This document shows positions 9,392-18,327 of a DNA stretch of 62,430 bases, one piece after another. Source of the DNA: an uncultured Bacteroidota bacterium (GTDB lineage Bacteria > Bacteroidota > Bacteroidia > Chitinophagales > Saprospiraceae); contig CAILQK010000258.1 in NCBI GenBank assembly GCA_903836265.1, forward strand, positions 1-62,430, written 5' to 3'. A program made the position numbers and the translations under genes. The notes below the pieces were generated by a model that saw nothing but the letters and a program-made list of their open reading frames with translations, was not told where the DNA came from and made no database searches. Position 1 is the first letter of the stretch. Every line of letters starts with the position of its first letter.

Positions 9392-10798
9392 ATGCAAAAA
9401 AGCGTTTTGGTGGAAATTGTGACTTCCCTTCAGAAAAAAGAAATCAGGGAAGTATCCAGGTGGCTCAAGTCTCCTTCACACAATCAACGCAAAGATGTGA
9501 TTGATCTGTTCGATTACATGATTAAATATGCGACTGATTTTTCAGAAGCGTATCAAAAGGAGCGTGCATGGGAAGCGATTTACCCGAATCAGGCCTATGA
9601 CGATGCGTATATGCGTCAGGTCATGTATTTTCTGCTCAAAGCTATTGAAGAATATCTGGTTTTTACAGATTTTATGAACGACAGGGTAAAATTTCAGCTT
9701 TCCCTGGCGAGAACGTACCGAAAAAAAAAGCTGGAAAAGGCATACAAACAGGCTCACCGACTTGGCAGGGATACGCTGGAAGCACAGCCGCTGCGAAACG
9801 ACTGGTACCTGCTCAACCGCTTCTTTCTGGCTCAGGAGGAGTACGAGTACCTGATGAGTATTACCCAGAACGCACCTGTGAACCTGCAGGAGGCCGCCGA
9901 TGCACTGGAAAAATGGTTTCTGGAGGAAAGACTGCGCATCAGCAAGGATATGCTTGCGCACCACCACATCTTTCAGAAATTAAAATACGACCACGGGCTG
10001 ATAGATCAGGCCCTTGCCTATGTGGAAGAAAAGCAATTACTCTCGGAACCCTCCATTGCTGTTTATTACTTCACATATCGCGCCCTGACAGATCCGGCAG
10101 AAGAATCGCACTTCGACAAGCTCGAACACCTGATTCAGCACGAAAGCAACCGGTTCCTGCCTTCCGAAATAAGAACGCTGTACCTCGCTGCTCTCAACTA
10201 TTGTGTCTCCAAAATAAACCAGGGCCGGCAGGATTTTGCACGACGAGCCTTTATGCTGTATCGCCAGGGCCTGGAAGAACAAATTCTGCTTGAAAACAAC
10301 ACGGTGTCCAGATATACATTCGGCAACGCCGTGGGAGCAGCCCTCCGGAACCGCGAATATGAATGGGCAGAAAAATTTATCACCGACTTTCAGCACCACC
10401 TCGACGAGAAGGAACGTACGAGTATCGTCAATTTCAATCTTTCAAGGATTTACTTTGAAAAAAATGATTACGACAGGGCACAGGATCTGCTCATGAAGTT
10501 TGAGTACGATGACATGCTGTTCAATATCATCGCCAAAACAATGCTCCTGAAAATTTACTACGAAAAAGATGAATCTGACGCCTTCGAATCGCTGCTGGAA
10601 AGTATGAGAACGTATCTTCAACGAAAGGAAGCCCTGGATCCGGCGCGAAAAACAGCCTTCAAAAATATGATCAGTCTGATGAAAAAGCTGCTGAACCTGA
10701 ATATCTACTCAAAGGCACAACGGGAAAAATTCCGCGAAACAGTCGAAAAAACGAGCCCACTGGCCGAAAGGGAGTGGCTACTGAAACAGATTGAGTAG
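9392..10798 (+). CDS. hypothetical all-helical (TPR-like) cytoplasmic protein, 468 aa
   Basis: Clean ORF starting at an ATG with no signal peptide. The composition looks helical-repeat-like. No catalytic motif recognised. Confidence 0.6.
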   Translation: MQKSVLVEIVTSLQKKEIREVSRWLKSPSHNQRKDVIDLFDYMIKYATDFSEAYQKERAWEAIYPNQAYDDAYMRQVMYFLLKAIEEYLVFTDFMNDRVKFQLSLARTYRKKKLEKAYKQAHRLGRDTLEAQPLRNDWYLLNRFFLAQEEYEYLMSITQNAPVNLQEAADALEKWFLEERLRISKDMLAHHHIFQKLKYDHGLIDQALAYVEEKQLLSEPSIAVYYFTYRALTDPAEESHFDKLEHLIQHESNRFLPSEIRTLYLAALNYCVSKINQGRQDFARRAFMLYRQGLEEQILLENNTVSRYTFGNAVGAALRNREYEWAEKFITDFQHHLDEKERTSIVNFNLSRIYFEKNDYDRAQDLLMKFEYDDMLFNIIAKTMLLKIYYEKDESDAFESLLESMRTYLQRKEALDPARKTAFKNMISLMKKLLNLNIYSKAQREKFRETVEKTSPLAEREWLLKQIE

Positions 10799-10880
10799 TT
10801 TTGCGTTTCTTTGCGGTATATCCCTGACAATCCGGGATGCAAATTTCAGTATCATCAGGTAATAAAAACGTACAAAAACC

Positions 10881-11600
10881 TTGAAAAAAGGATACCAGGT
10901 AGCGCTTCTCGTGCTGGTAGTACTGCTCATTGACCAGGCTACCAAGTTCTACATAAAAACAACCTTCGAGTACAACAGCGAAGTGCTCATTTTCGGACAG
11001 GAGTGGGCACGCCTGCACTTTGTTGAAAATGAAGGTATGGCTTTCGGAATGACCCTCGACTGGGAATATGGCAAACTCACCCTGAGCCTGTTCCGTATTC
11101 TCATGGTGGCCGGACTCATTTTCTGGATCAAAACTCTGATTGAGGAAAAAATGCCTGCGGGTTTTATCATGAGCGTGGGGCTCATCACCGCAGGAGCACT
11201 CGGAAATATCATTGACAGCGTTGTTTATGGTATGATTTTCAGCGCATCACCCTACCACGGCGGTCTGGCAGAGGTAGTGCCCTGGGGTACCGGATATGCC
11301 TCTCTCCTCCATGGGAAAGTTGTGGACATGTTCTATTTCCCCATACACACCTGGGAACTGCCCGACGGAGACACTTTTACTTTTTTCAGCCCGATATTCA
11401 ACGTGGCAGATGCTGCAATTACAACGGGGGTACTCAGCATCCTGATATTCCAGCGGCGCTTTTTCCGCGACAGCACGGAATCAAAAACGGCTCAAACGCC
11501 TGCATCAACGGAGGCATTCTCCAACAGTGATACACCGGCCGCCGAAAGTGACATTGCTGAAAGTCAGGAATCTGATCAGTCAGATGCCGGCAAATTCTGA
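10881..11600 (+). CDS. lspA: lipoprotein signal peptidase II
   Basis: Motifs DQATK, FVENEGMAFGM, GNIIDS, VVDMFYF and FNVADAAITTG are present. The start codon is TTG. There is an acidic C-terminal extension of about 50 aa. Confidence 0.85.
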   Translation: MKKGYQVALLVLVVLLIDQATKFYIKTTFEYNSEVLIFGQEWARLHFVENEGMAFGMTLDWEYGKLTLSLFRILMVAGLIFWIKTLIEEKMPAGFIMSVGLITAGALGNIIDSVVYGMIFSASPYHGGLAEVVPWGTGYASLLHGKVVDMFYFPIHTWELPDGDTFTFFSPIFNVADAAITTGVLSILIFQRRFFRDSTESKTAQTPASTEAFSNSDTPAAESDIAESQESDQSDAGKF

Positions 11601-12136
11601 TATTTGAAATCTGCCGACAGGAGGCTGTACACAGCTGTATCGAGAAATTTGTCCCTGAATTTGTAATTCTCCCTGAAAAAGGCTTCTCTGATGAAGCCAC
11701 ACCGCTCCAGAACCCGGACAGAGCGGGAATTACCGGGATTCACATGGGCTTCAACGGAATGCAGCCCCGCTTCGGTGAAGGCAAAACGCAGAACGGACAT
11801 GAGCGCCTCTGTCATCAGCCCGTTACCCTGACGCCTCTTGTCAAGCAAATAACCGATCTCTCCGCGACTGTTCTTCTGGTCTATTCTCCAGATTCCTGCA
11901 TAACCAATCATGCCGGAATCCGGTTTCTCTTCCAGAACCCAGTTGTAGCCGGCTCCCTGTTGCCCGTCGCGCTGCATTCCGGCAATCATATCAGCGGCTT
12001 CTCCGACCGTTTGCATGGGCTCCCTGTCGAGGTAGTGCATCCGGTCGGGGTCTGACCGAAGCCGGAAAAGGGCCCCGGCATCGTCCATCCTGAACGGGCG
12101 GAGAAGCAGTCGTGCCGAATGAAGCTCTTCAAACAT
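11576..12136 (-). CDS. GNAT family N-acetyltransferase (RimJ/RimL-like)
   Basis: LLRPFRMDDAGALFRL..., a GEIGYLLDKRRQGNGLMTEA acetyl-CoA-binding-like segment, and HSVEAHVNPGNSRSVRVLERCGF. Confidence 0.8.
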   Translation of the reverse strand: MFEELHSARLLLRPFRMDDAGALFRLRSDPDRMHYLDREPMQTVGEAADMIAGMQRDGQQGAGYNWVLEEKPDSGMIGYAGIWRIDQKNSRGEIGYLLDKRRQGNGLMTEALMSVLRFAFTEAGLHSVEAHVNPGNSRSVRVLERCGFIREAFFRENYKFRDKFLDTAVYSLLSADFKYQNLPASD

Positions 12137-14448
12137 TATTCCACGATGATTTCATCGAAGAACAACCATGCTCCGTTGCCTCCGCCGGGAGCATCTGCCG
12201 GAATCTTTCCAAAATTGGTTCCGACGAATTTTATGTAGCGCCCCCGGGCTCCGGGCGTCTCCAGTTCGACTGTCTCTACCGAAATCCCCTGCATCTCGTC
12301 GGAATTGAATTTGCGGCGGGCCACTTCTCTGAAGTCGGTTCCGTTATCAGAGACGGACACCACTATTTCGCGTGGCGGATATATCCAGGCCACTTTTGCA
12401 TTGGCGAAATGCGTGGTGATACGGGAAAAATCGGTTTCAGCACCAAGATCAATTACAGGATCCATGTCATACCCCTCCTGGGCCACCCAGTTGTTCCAGG
12501 CTTTGGGAGCTCCGACTACTCCGTTCGTCAGTCCGTACTGCTCCCCGCCGGTATATTTTTCTGGCTGATGACTCATGGTATAAGGCTTTCCGCTGGCCTT
12601 GTGAACCATGTACTGCACTGTACGGGTAGCGCCAGCCTGTTTTGTGCGCTGAAAGGCAGCCGCCCTGATGGTGGCTGACTTCGTCAGTTCGAAGGGACCT
12701 CTGTAACGCGCAGAGCTTCCACCGGGCTCGGTACCGTCAGTGGTATAGCGAATCTCGAAATCGGGCAACCCTACACTCAGGCTCACCTTGCCATCAGTGT
12801 AGGATGCATTTACATCAAAGATAGCCCTGGAGTAGTTCACTTTCAGCGCATCCAGCCGTCTGAAGTGAGTGATCATCCTTCTGCTGAAGTCAGAAAAATC
12901 CTTTCTGGCTACCGGCGACCAGGCGATTTCAGCCAGCGCACAGGTGCGCGGGAAAGCCATGTACTCCAGTTTGCTTTCCGTTTTGATGTACTCTGTCCAG
13001 ATATTGCCCTGTACTCCGAGAATTCTTTTGGCCTCATCAGCAGTGAAACCGGCAGGTACCGGATCATAGGCATACACCTTGTCAACAGGCAGATAGCCGC
13101 CGATGGCCAGCGGCTCTGTGGCAGGATCACCCTGATAATAGTCAAAGTAAACAGCCGAGGTGGGCGTCATGATGGCATCGTGACCCGCGCGAGCAGCCGC
13201 AATTCCGCCTTCTGTACCGCGCCAGCTCATTACTGTGGCAGTAGGGGCCAGCCCTCCCTCCAGAATTTCGTCCCAGCCTATCAGTTTTTTCCCGTGTCTG
13301 GCCAGAATGGCCTCTGCACGCCTGATGAAATAGCTTTGCAGTTCATGCGTGTCCCTGAGTCCGTTGTCCTTCATTCGCTGCTGGCATTTCTGACATACTT
13401 CCCAGCGTGTTTTGGGACATTCATCGCCACCAATATGCACGTACGGACCGGGGAAAAGAGAACAAACCTCTTCGAGTACTCCTTCTATGAACTGGAATGT
13501 TTCATCATTCCCTGCACAAAATACATCGTCAAATACACCCCACTTCTGCTGGGCCTTGTACGGTCCGCCTGTACATCCGAGATTCGGATAGGCACTGAGG
13601 GCAGCCAGGGCGTGTCCCGGCATTTCAATTTCGGGAATTACCGTGACAAAACGCTTTTGGGCGTACTCGACCACCTCGCGAACTTCGTCCTGCGTATAGA
13701 TGCCACAGTACCTGATACTGTCGAAACGCTGTGGTGAATCCGAGTAGTGGCCAACGAGCGTACCCTCCCGGCATGCTGCGACAGTCTGCAGACGCGGATA
13801 TTTTTTTATCTCGATTCGCCAGCCCTGATCCTCGGTAAGGTGCCAGTGGAATGTATTGATCTTCTGTGAAGCTATAACATCAATAAACTTCTTCACGAAA
13901 CTGACCGGGAAGAAATGGCGACCCACATCAAGGTGCATTCCCCTGTAGGAAAAACGGGGCTCATCCTGGATATAGCAGGCCGGAACCACCCAGCCACCAG
14001 ACATGGACACCTTTTCCTGACTGAATATCTCGACCGGGAGAATCTGCCGCAAAGTCTGTACCGCGTAAAAGGCACCCGCAGCCGTACGCGCGCGTATGAC
14101 AATATTCACCGGACTGACTTCCAGCCTGTATCCCTCGGGATGCTGGATTTCCTCATCCCTGATCAGATATATACCGTTCTCGTCCGGACTTTTCGGGGCC
14201 TTGTTGTATGCCTGGGCAGGAAGTTTGTACCCGGTAGCAGGAGCAAGAGACAAGGTCAGGTATTCTGCAGCAACAGCCCACCCGGGATCATTTTTGGGTG
14301 AAAACACCTTTGTTTTGGCAGTCAGTGTGAATGTCCCCTCTTTGGGTAAAACAGCCACGGGCTTCGGAATAATCTGGAAAACATGCGCAGTCTGGCTGAA
14401 GGCCGCCATTGGAAAGAGCACCAGAAATATCAGGTTTCGGATTTTCAT
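12136..14448 (-). CDS. beta-N-acetylhexosaminidase (GH20) with a C-terminal F5/8 type C (discoidin)-like domain
   Basis: GMHLDVGRHFFPV...INTFHWHLTEDQGWRIEIKKYP is the GH20 catalytic core. The ORF was trimmed to the ATG at 14448, giving MKIRNLIFLVLFPMAAFSQ (signal peptide). Confidence 0.85.
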   Translation of the reverse strand: MKIRNLIFLVLFPMAAFSQTAHVFQIIPKPVAVLPKEGTFTLTAKTKVFSPKNDPGWAVAAEYLTLSLAPATGYKLPAQAYNKAPKSPDENGIYLIRDEEIQHPEGYRLEVSPVNIVIRARTAAGAFYAVQTLRQILPVEIFSQEKVSMSGGWVVPACYIQDEPRFSYRGMHLDVGRHFFPVSFVKKFIDVIASQKINTFHWHLTEDQGWRIEIKKYPRLQTVAACREGTLVGHYSDSPQRFDSIRYCGIYTQDEVREVVEYAQKRFVTVIPEIEMPGHALAALSAYPNLGCTGGPYKAQQKWGVFDDVFCAGNDETFQFIEGVLEEVCSLFPGPYVHIGGDECPKTRWEVCQKCQQRMKDNGLRDTHELQSYFIRRAEAILARHGKKLIGWDEILEGGLAPTATVMSWRGTEGGIAAARAGHDAIMTPTSAVYFDYYQGDPATEPLAIGGYLPVDKVYAYDPVPAGFTADEAKRILGVQGNIWTEYIKTESKLEYMAFPRTCALAEIAWSPVARKDFSDFSRRMITHFRRLDALKVNYSRAIFDVNASYTDGKVSLSVGLPDFEIRYTTDGTEPGGSSARYRGPFELTKSATIRAAAFQRTKQAGATRTVQYMVHKASGKPYTMSHQPEKYTGGEQYGLTNGVVGAPKAWNNWVAQEGYDMDPVIDLGAETDFSRITTHFANAKVAWIYPPREIVVSVSDNGTDFREVARRKFNSDEMQGISVETVELETPGARGRYIKFVGTNFGKIPADAPGGGNGAWLFFDEIIVE

Positions 14449-14522
14449 GCAAAAAACGGATTTTGAGTGCAAGGTAAATTTACATTGTCCAATATTCCAA
14501 ATATCGCGCCACAACATGCAAT

Positions 14523-14915
14523 TCAGTGTTTTTCCGATACATATAATATAGTGTCAAGAACGGCACGACCCGGCAGAGAAATATCGGCAAACAGACTCCC
14601 GTACACCACATGCGGATAGTGCAGACTGTCGTAACCGAACGCTATGAGCCAGTGTTTACCTTCCGGAACAGGTGCAATACAGCCTTTTGCATCATCACCC
14701 GTAAGGAATACTGCATCGAAATACGAGGGTGGATTTTCATAACCCGGAAAGGAATCCGCGTCAAATTTCACATAGACTGCAGCCGCAGGAATGGGCTGTC
14801 CATGATGGGATGTTTTGACGCAGATTTTCGTCGGGAGCGGAATCTCTTCGGGAGCCGCAGGGCGACAGCCGGCGAAAAGGCAGACACACAAAAGCATCGG
14901 GAAAACTGAATGCAT
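14523..14915 (-). CDS. hypothetical small lipoprotein (130 aa)
   Basis: MLLCVCLFAGC lipobox. It lies upstream of and co-oriented with the GH20 gene. Confidence 0.5.
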   Translation of the reverse strand: MHSVFPMLLCVCLFAGCRPAAPEEIPLPTKICVKTSHHGQPIPAAAVYVKFDADSFPGYENPPSYFDAVFLTGDDAKGCIAPVPEGKHWLIAFGYDSLHYPHVVYGSLFADISLPGRAVLDTILYVSEKH

Positions 14916-14990
14916 GCGGGGAAAGAGTTAATTTTTTTCAGAGAACAAAGCTAACTCTAAATTGATCCCGGTGTACTCGTAAATTTTCGC

Positions 14991-14998
14991 TATTTTTG
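14991..14998 (+). promoter_or_regulatory. candidate Bacteroidota -7 box (TATTTTTG) upstream of fbp
   Basis: Matches TAnnTTTG and lies about 89 nt upstream of the fbp ATG. Confidence 0.3.
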
Positions 14999-15086
14999 TA
15001 ACGCTCTAACCAAAACACCCGAACTGGCAGGTTCTTCTGACCCCGACCGGTTCGGGAAAGGTGGTTGTTAACCAAAACGAACAGTC

Positions 15087-16154
15087 ATGCCAAAGAATCT
15101 GACCAGGCCCGATGTGCCACATGCCATCGCTCCACCACCCATTCCCGACAACAGGATTGTCACCCTCGACGAGTTTATCATTCGCTCTGAAAAAGATTTT
15201 GAATATGCGACGGGAGAGCTCACCGGACTGCTCCGCGATATTGGCGTTGCAGCCAAGATCATCAACCGGGAGGTAAACAAGGCCGGACTGGTGAATATTC
15301 TGGGAGTTTCCAGCGGCAACGAGAATCAGAGCGGCGACGTTCAGCAGAAGCTGGATGTTTATGCCAACGAGCGGCTTGTTGAATGCCTGCAGAACTCCGG
15401 TGAATGTTGCGCAGTAGCCTCCGAGGAAAACGACGATATCATTCCAGTGCCGGGAGTTGGCTACAAGCCCAACCATTATGTCGTACTGTTTGATCCGCTC
15501 GATGGCTCTTCCAACATTGACGTAAATGTATCGGTAGGTACTATTTTTGCCATTTACAGGAGAATCAGCGACCCGTCGGGCCCACCCTCCCGGGAAGATT
15601 TTCTTCAGCCCGGCAAGCGGCAGGTCGCAGCAGGATATGTTTTGTATGGTACCTCCACGATACTCGTTTACACCACCGGACGCGGAGTGAACGGCTTCAC
15701 GCTCGACCCGAGTATCGGGGAGTTCTGTCTGAGCCACCGGAATATGCGCATCCCCGACAACGGGCAGAATTATTCGGTCAATCAGGGCTATTACTCCAAG
15801 TTTGACCTGGAAATGCGCCGATATATAGATCACTGCTCCGACCAGAATTATGGTCTCCGGTATATCGGAAGTATGGTCAGTGATATTCACCGGATTCTGA
15901 TACACGGAGGAATTTTTCTGTATCCAAGTACCAGGAAATACCCCGGAGGCAAACTCCGGTTGCTGTACGAGTGCAACCCGCTGGCCATGATTGTTGAACA
16001 GGCCGGAGGCAAGGCCATCAATACCGGTCTGAAACGAATTCTCGATATTGCGCCCGGGGAGCTGCACCAGCGGTCAACGGTAGCACTGGGCTCGCCAGCC
16101 ATGGTGGACGAGCTGAAAGCATTCATCGAGCGGTACTCGGCACTTCCGATATAG
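15087..16154 (+). CDS. fbp: fructose-1,6-bisphosphatase class 1
   Basis: Motifs ASEENDD, DPLDGSSNIDVNVSVGTIF and GKLRLLYECNPLAMIVEQAGG are present. Confidence 0.9.
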   Translation: MPKNLTRPDVPHAIAPPPIPDNRIVTLDEFIIRSEKDFEYATGELTGLLRDIGVAAKIINREVNKAGLVNILGVSSGNENQSGDVQQKLDVYANERLVECLQNSGECCAVASEENDDIIPVPGVGYKPNHYVVLFDPLDGSSNIDVNVSVGTIFAIYRRISDPSGPPSREDFLQPGKRQVAAGYVLYGTSTILVYTTGRGVNGFTLDPSIGEFCLSHRNMRIPDNGQNYSVNQGYYSKFDLEMRRYIDHCSDQNYGLRYIGSMVSDIHRILIHGGIFLYPSTRKYPGGKLRLLYECNPLAMIVEQAGGKAINTGLKRILDIAPGELHQRSTVALGSPAMVDELKAFIERYSALPI

Positions 16155-16197
16155 CGCACAGTTTGAACAAAGACGCCCTTGCAGCGTTCATTCGGGT

Positions 16198-16614
16198 ATG
16201 TCTTTAACTGCACTGTTGTTCCCGCTCATAATGATGCAAACTGCTTCTGCTGAACTGAAAATCTCTTTTTCCAACCTGAAAGAGGCCAAAGGCCAGCTCT
16301 ATGTGGCTGTCTATGCCACAGAGTCCGATTTTCTGAATACCGACAAAGTATATGCACAGCAAATTGTTCCGGTAAAGCAGTCCGGCGACCTTGAAATGAC
16401 CTTTGCTCTGCCACCGGGAAAGTACGCAATAAGTTGCTTTCACGATGTAAACAGCAATGGCAAACTGGACACCAATCTGGTGGGTATTCCATCGGAGCCG
16501 TACGGTTTTTCCAATAACGCAAGGCCCCGCTTCCGTCCGCCCTACTGGTCAGAGGCCTGTTTCAGTCTTCCGGCCGGCACAACAAGGCACCCTGTCAGGC
16601 TTGATACATGGTAA
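16198..16614 (+). CDS. DUF2141 family protein
   Basis: HDVNSNGKLDTNLVGIPSEPYGFSNN is the characteristic DUF2141 motif. An N-terminal signal peptide is present. Confidence 0.7.
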   Translation: MSLTALLFPLIMMQTASAELKISFSNLKEAKGQLYVAVYATESDFLNTDKVYAQQIVPVKQSGDLEMTFALPPGKYAISCFHDVNSNGKLDTNLVGIPSEPYGFSNNARPRFRPPYWSEACFSLPAGTTRHPVRLDTW

Positions 16615-16615
16615 T

Positions 16616-17065
16616 TTATTTTCGCCTTGTATCAATGATATACTGAATCTTCCAGCCTTCGCCGGTACGAACCAGCTGAAGCGAGTTGGTGCCTGTGTGC
16701 GAAACTTCGCCGTTCAGATAAAAAGTGTAGGGCGCCCACACACTCGCGAGCGACTCTTCAGTCAGTACCTTTCCGAAAGTAATCCGCTCCTCGAATTCAT
16801 TTTTTCTGGGAGCGCCAATGAGTGATACGAATTCGGCGAAACTGTCGGTTTTCACTGCAGTCACTGCACCTGTGCTGTCTGTCCTGCACGTTTGCAGAAT
16901 CATACTGCCCGTACAGGCGCTCCTGAGCAATACGGTGTCGCCCCTGTTCATTCCATCGAAAAAGCGATTGACAACCTCCCTTACCTCATACTCCCGGGTC
17001 TGGGCTGCCGTATGTTGTGCGCCCCAGAAGAGGCATAGTGCGAGAATAGTGCGCGATATTTTCAT
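16616..17065 (-). CDS. NTF2-like (SnoaL/DUF4440-like) secreted protein
   Basis: ORF 16616..17302 trimmed to the ATG at 17065, giving MKISRTILALCLFWGAQHTAAQ (signal peptide). Size and sequence pattern fit an NTF2-like fold. Confidence 0.5.
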   Translation of the reverse strand: MKISRTILALCLFWGAQHTAAQTREYEVREVVNRFFDGMNRGDTVLLRSACTGSMILQTCRTDSTGAVTAVKTDSFAEFVSLIGAPRKNEFEERITFGKVLTEESLASVWAPYTFYLNGEVSHTGTNSLQLVRTGEGWKIQYIIDTRRK

Positions 17066-17215
17066 TGATAAAGTAATTTTGCCGCATCCGGGAAGCGGGC
17101 CTTTTTTGAACTGGCATGAGAACGCGGAACGAGCTTCCGCTGCAAAAGTGCCCGAATTGGCCGGACTGGTGCAATAATCTGGCAGATTTGACATAATTTT
17201 AACCGGAATACCTTC

Positions 17216-17520
17216 ATGGAAGAAACATTTGAGGAGATAATACAGTCGTCCAGACCAGTACTGATTGATTTTTTGCCACCTGGTGTGGCCCCTGCAGGGC
17301 AATGGCGCCGGTGCTCTCGGAACTCGGGACCAGACTGGGCGACCGGATCTCCATTGTTGAAATAGATGTTGACCAGCATACTGACCTGGCAGTCAAAATG
17401 AAAGTTATGGGAGTACCTACTTTTATGATTTATAAAAATGGTCGTCAACTTTGGTCGGAAGCTGGAACCTTCACCTTCGAAACCCTGAAAAAAAAGCTTG
17501 AAGATGCTGAAAACCAGTAA
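17216..17520 (+). pseudogene. trxA: thioredoxin interrupted by a -1 frameshift in a T-homopolymer just 5' of the WCGPC codons (or an assembly error)
   Basis: The frame from ATG 17216 gives MEETFEEIIQSSRPVLIDF. After the T6 run (17269-17274) the reading ATWCGPCRAMAPVLSEL...GVPTFMIYKNG continues in another frame, the one holding the listed ORF 17302..17520. In that second frame a TGA at 17266-17268 lies immediately upstream of the Phe codons preceding ATWCGPC. Seven Ts would restore DFFATWCGPC. Confidence 0.7.
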
Positions 17521-18325
17521 AATATCATTAATTTTATCTTCATTGATCTTTTTGTACTCATGCTCGGAAGAGAAGCCTGCTCCCGGCACCGGAACGCCCC
17601 GCGCGAAGAAACAGGATACCAGAGAGATATCCGGGAAAGCTCCTGAACCGGCTGCCGGCAGAGAAAAGCCTGTGAGCCCGGTAAAGCCGGCACTTGACAG
17701 AGATTACCTGATGGGCAAATTTGAGCCTTCGAAACATCCTGATTTTGTGTCTGTGAAGGCCCCCTACACCGACAGACAGGGAATGATGCTGCGCCGTGAA
17801 ACTTTTGAAGCCTTCCGGGAGATGTGGAAAGCTGCCAAAAAGGAAGGTGTTGAGCTGAATATCAAGTCTTCAACCAGAAATTTTCAGCAACAGAAGGCTA
17901 TTTGGGACAGCAAATGGAAAAAATATGCGAAGGAAAAGCCCGGAGCCAGAGAGCGCGCGCTGAAAATACTGGAGTACTCCGCCATGCCCGGAGCTTCGCG
18001 CCATCACTGGGGTACCGATGTGGATCTGAACGACCTGAACAATACTTCCATGGAATCGGGCGGGAAATACAGGAAAGTGTATGACTGGCTGGCTGCACAC
18101 GCTCATGAGTACGGGTTTTGTCAGCCCTACACGGCAGGCCGTACGGCAGGCTACAAGGAAGAGAAGTGGCACTGGAGCTATACTCCGCTCAGTCAGGGCT
18201 ATACCGACCGGTTTCGGGAACTGATCACAGACGAAGATTTCAGCGGATTCTCGGGCTCTTCATCGGCCACGGAGATAAAAGTAGTAAAAAACTACGTACT
18301 GGGTATCAACGAAAAATGCAGATAA
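17504..18325 (+). CDS. peptidase M15 family D-alanyl-D-alanine carboxypeptidase-like lipoprotein (VanY-like)
   Basis: LIFLYSC lipobox, with the motifs SRHHWGTDVDL and EKWHWSY. The ATG at 17504 is preferred over the TTG at 17498. It overlaps the trx 3' end. Confidence 0.75.
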   Translation: MLKTSKISLILSSLIFLYSCSEEKPAPGTGTPRAKKQDTREISGKAPEPAAGREKPVSPVKPALDRDYLMGKFEPSKHPDFVSVKAPYTDRQGMMLRRETFEAFREMWKAAKKEGVELNIKSSTRNFQQQKAIWDSKWKKYAKEKPGARERALKILEYSAMPGASRHHWGTDVDLNDLNNTSMESGGKYRKVYDWLAAHAHEYGFCQPYTAGRTAGYKEEKWHWSYTPLSQGYTDRFRELITDEDFSGFSGSSSATEIKVVKNYVLGINEKCR

Positions 18326-18327
18326 CA

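Noticed and set aside
15006-16067. 353-aa minus-strand ORF.
   Set aside because: It is antisense to fbp, whose class 1 FBPase motifs are unambiguous.
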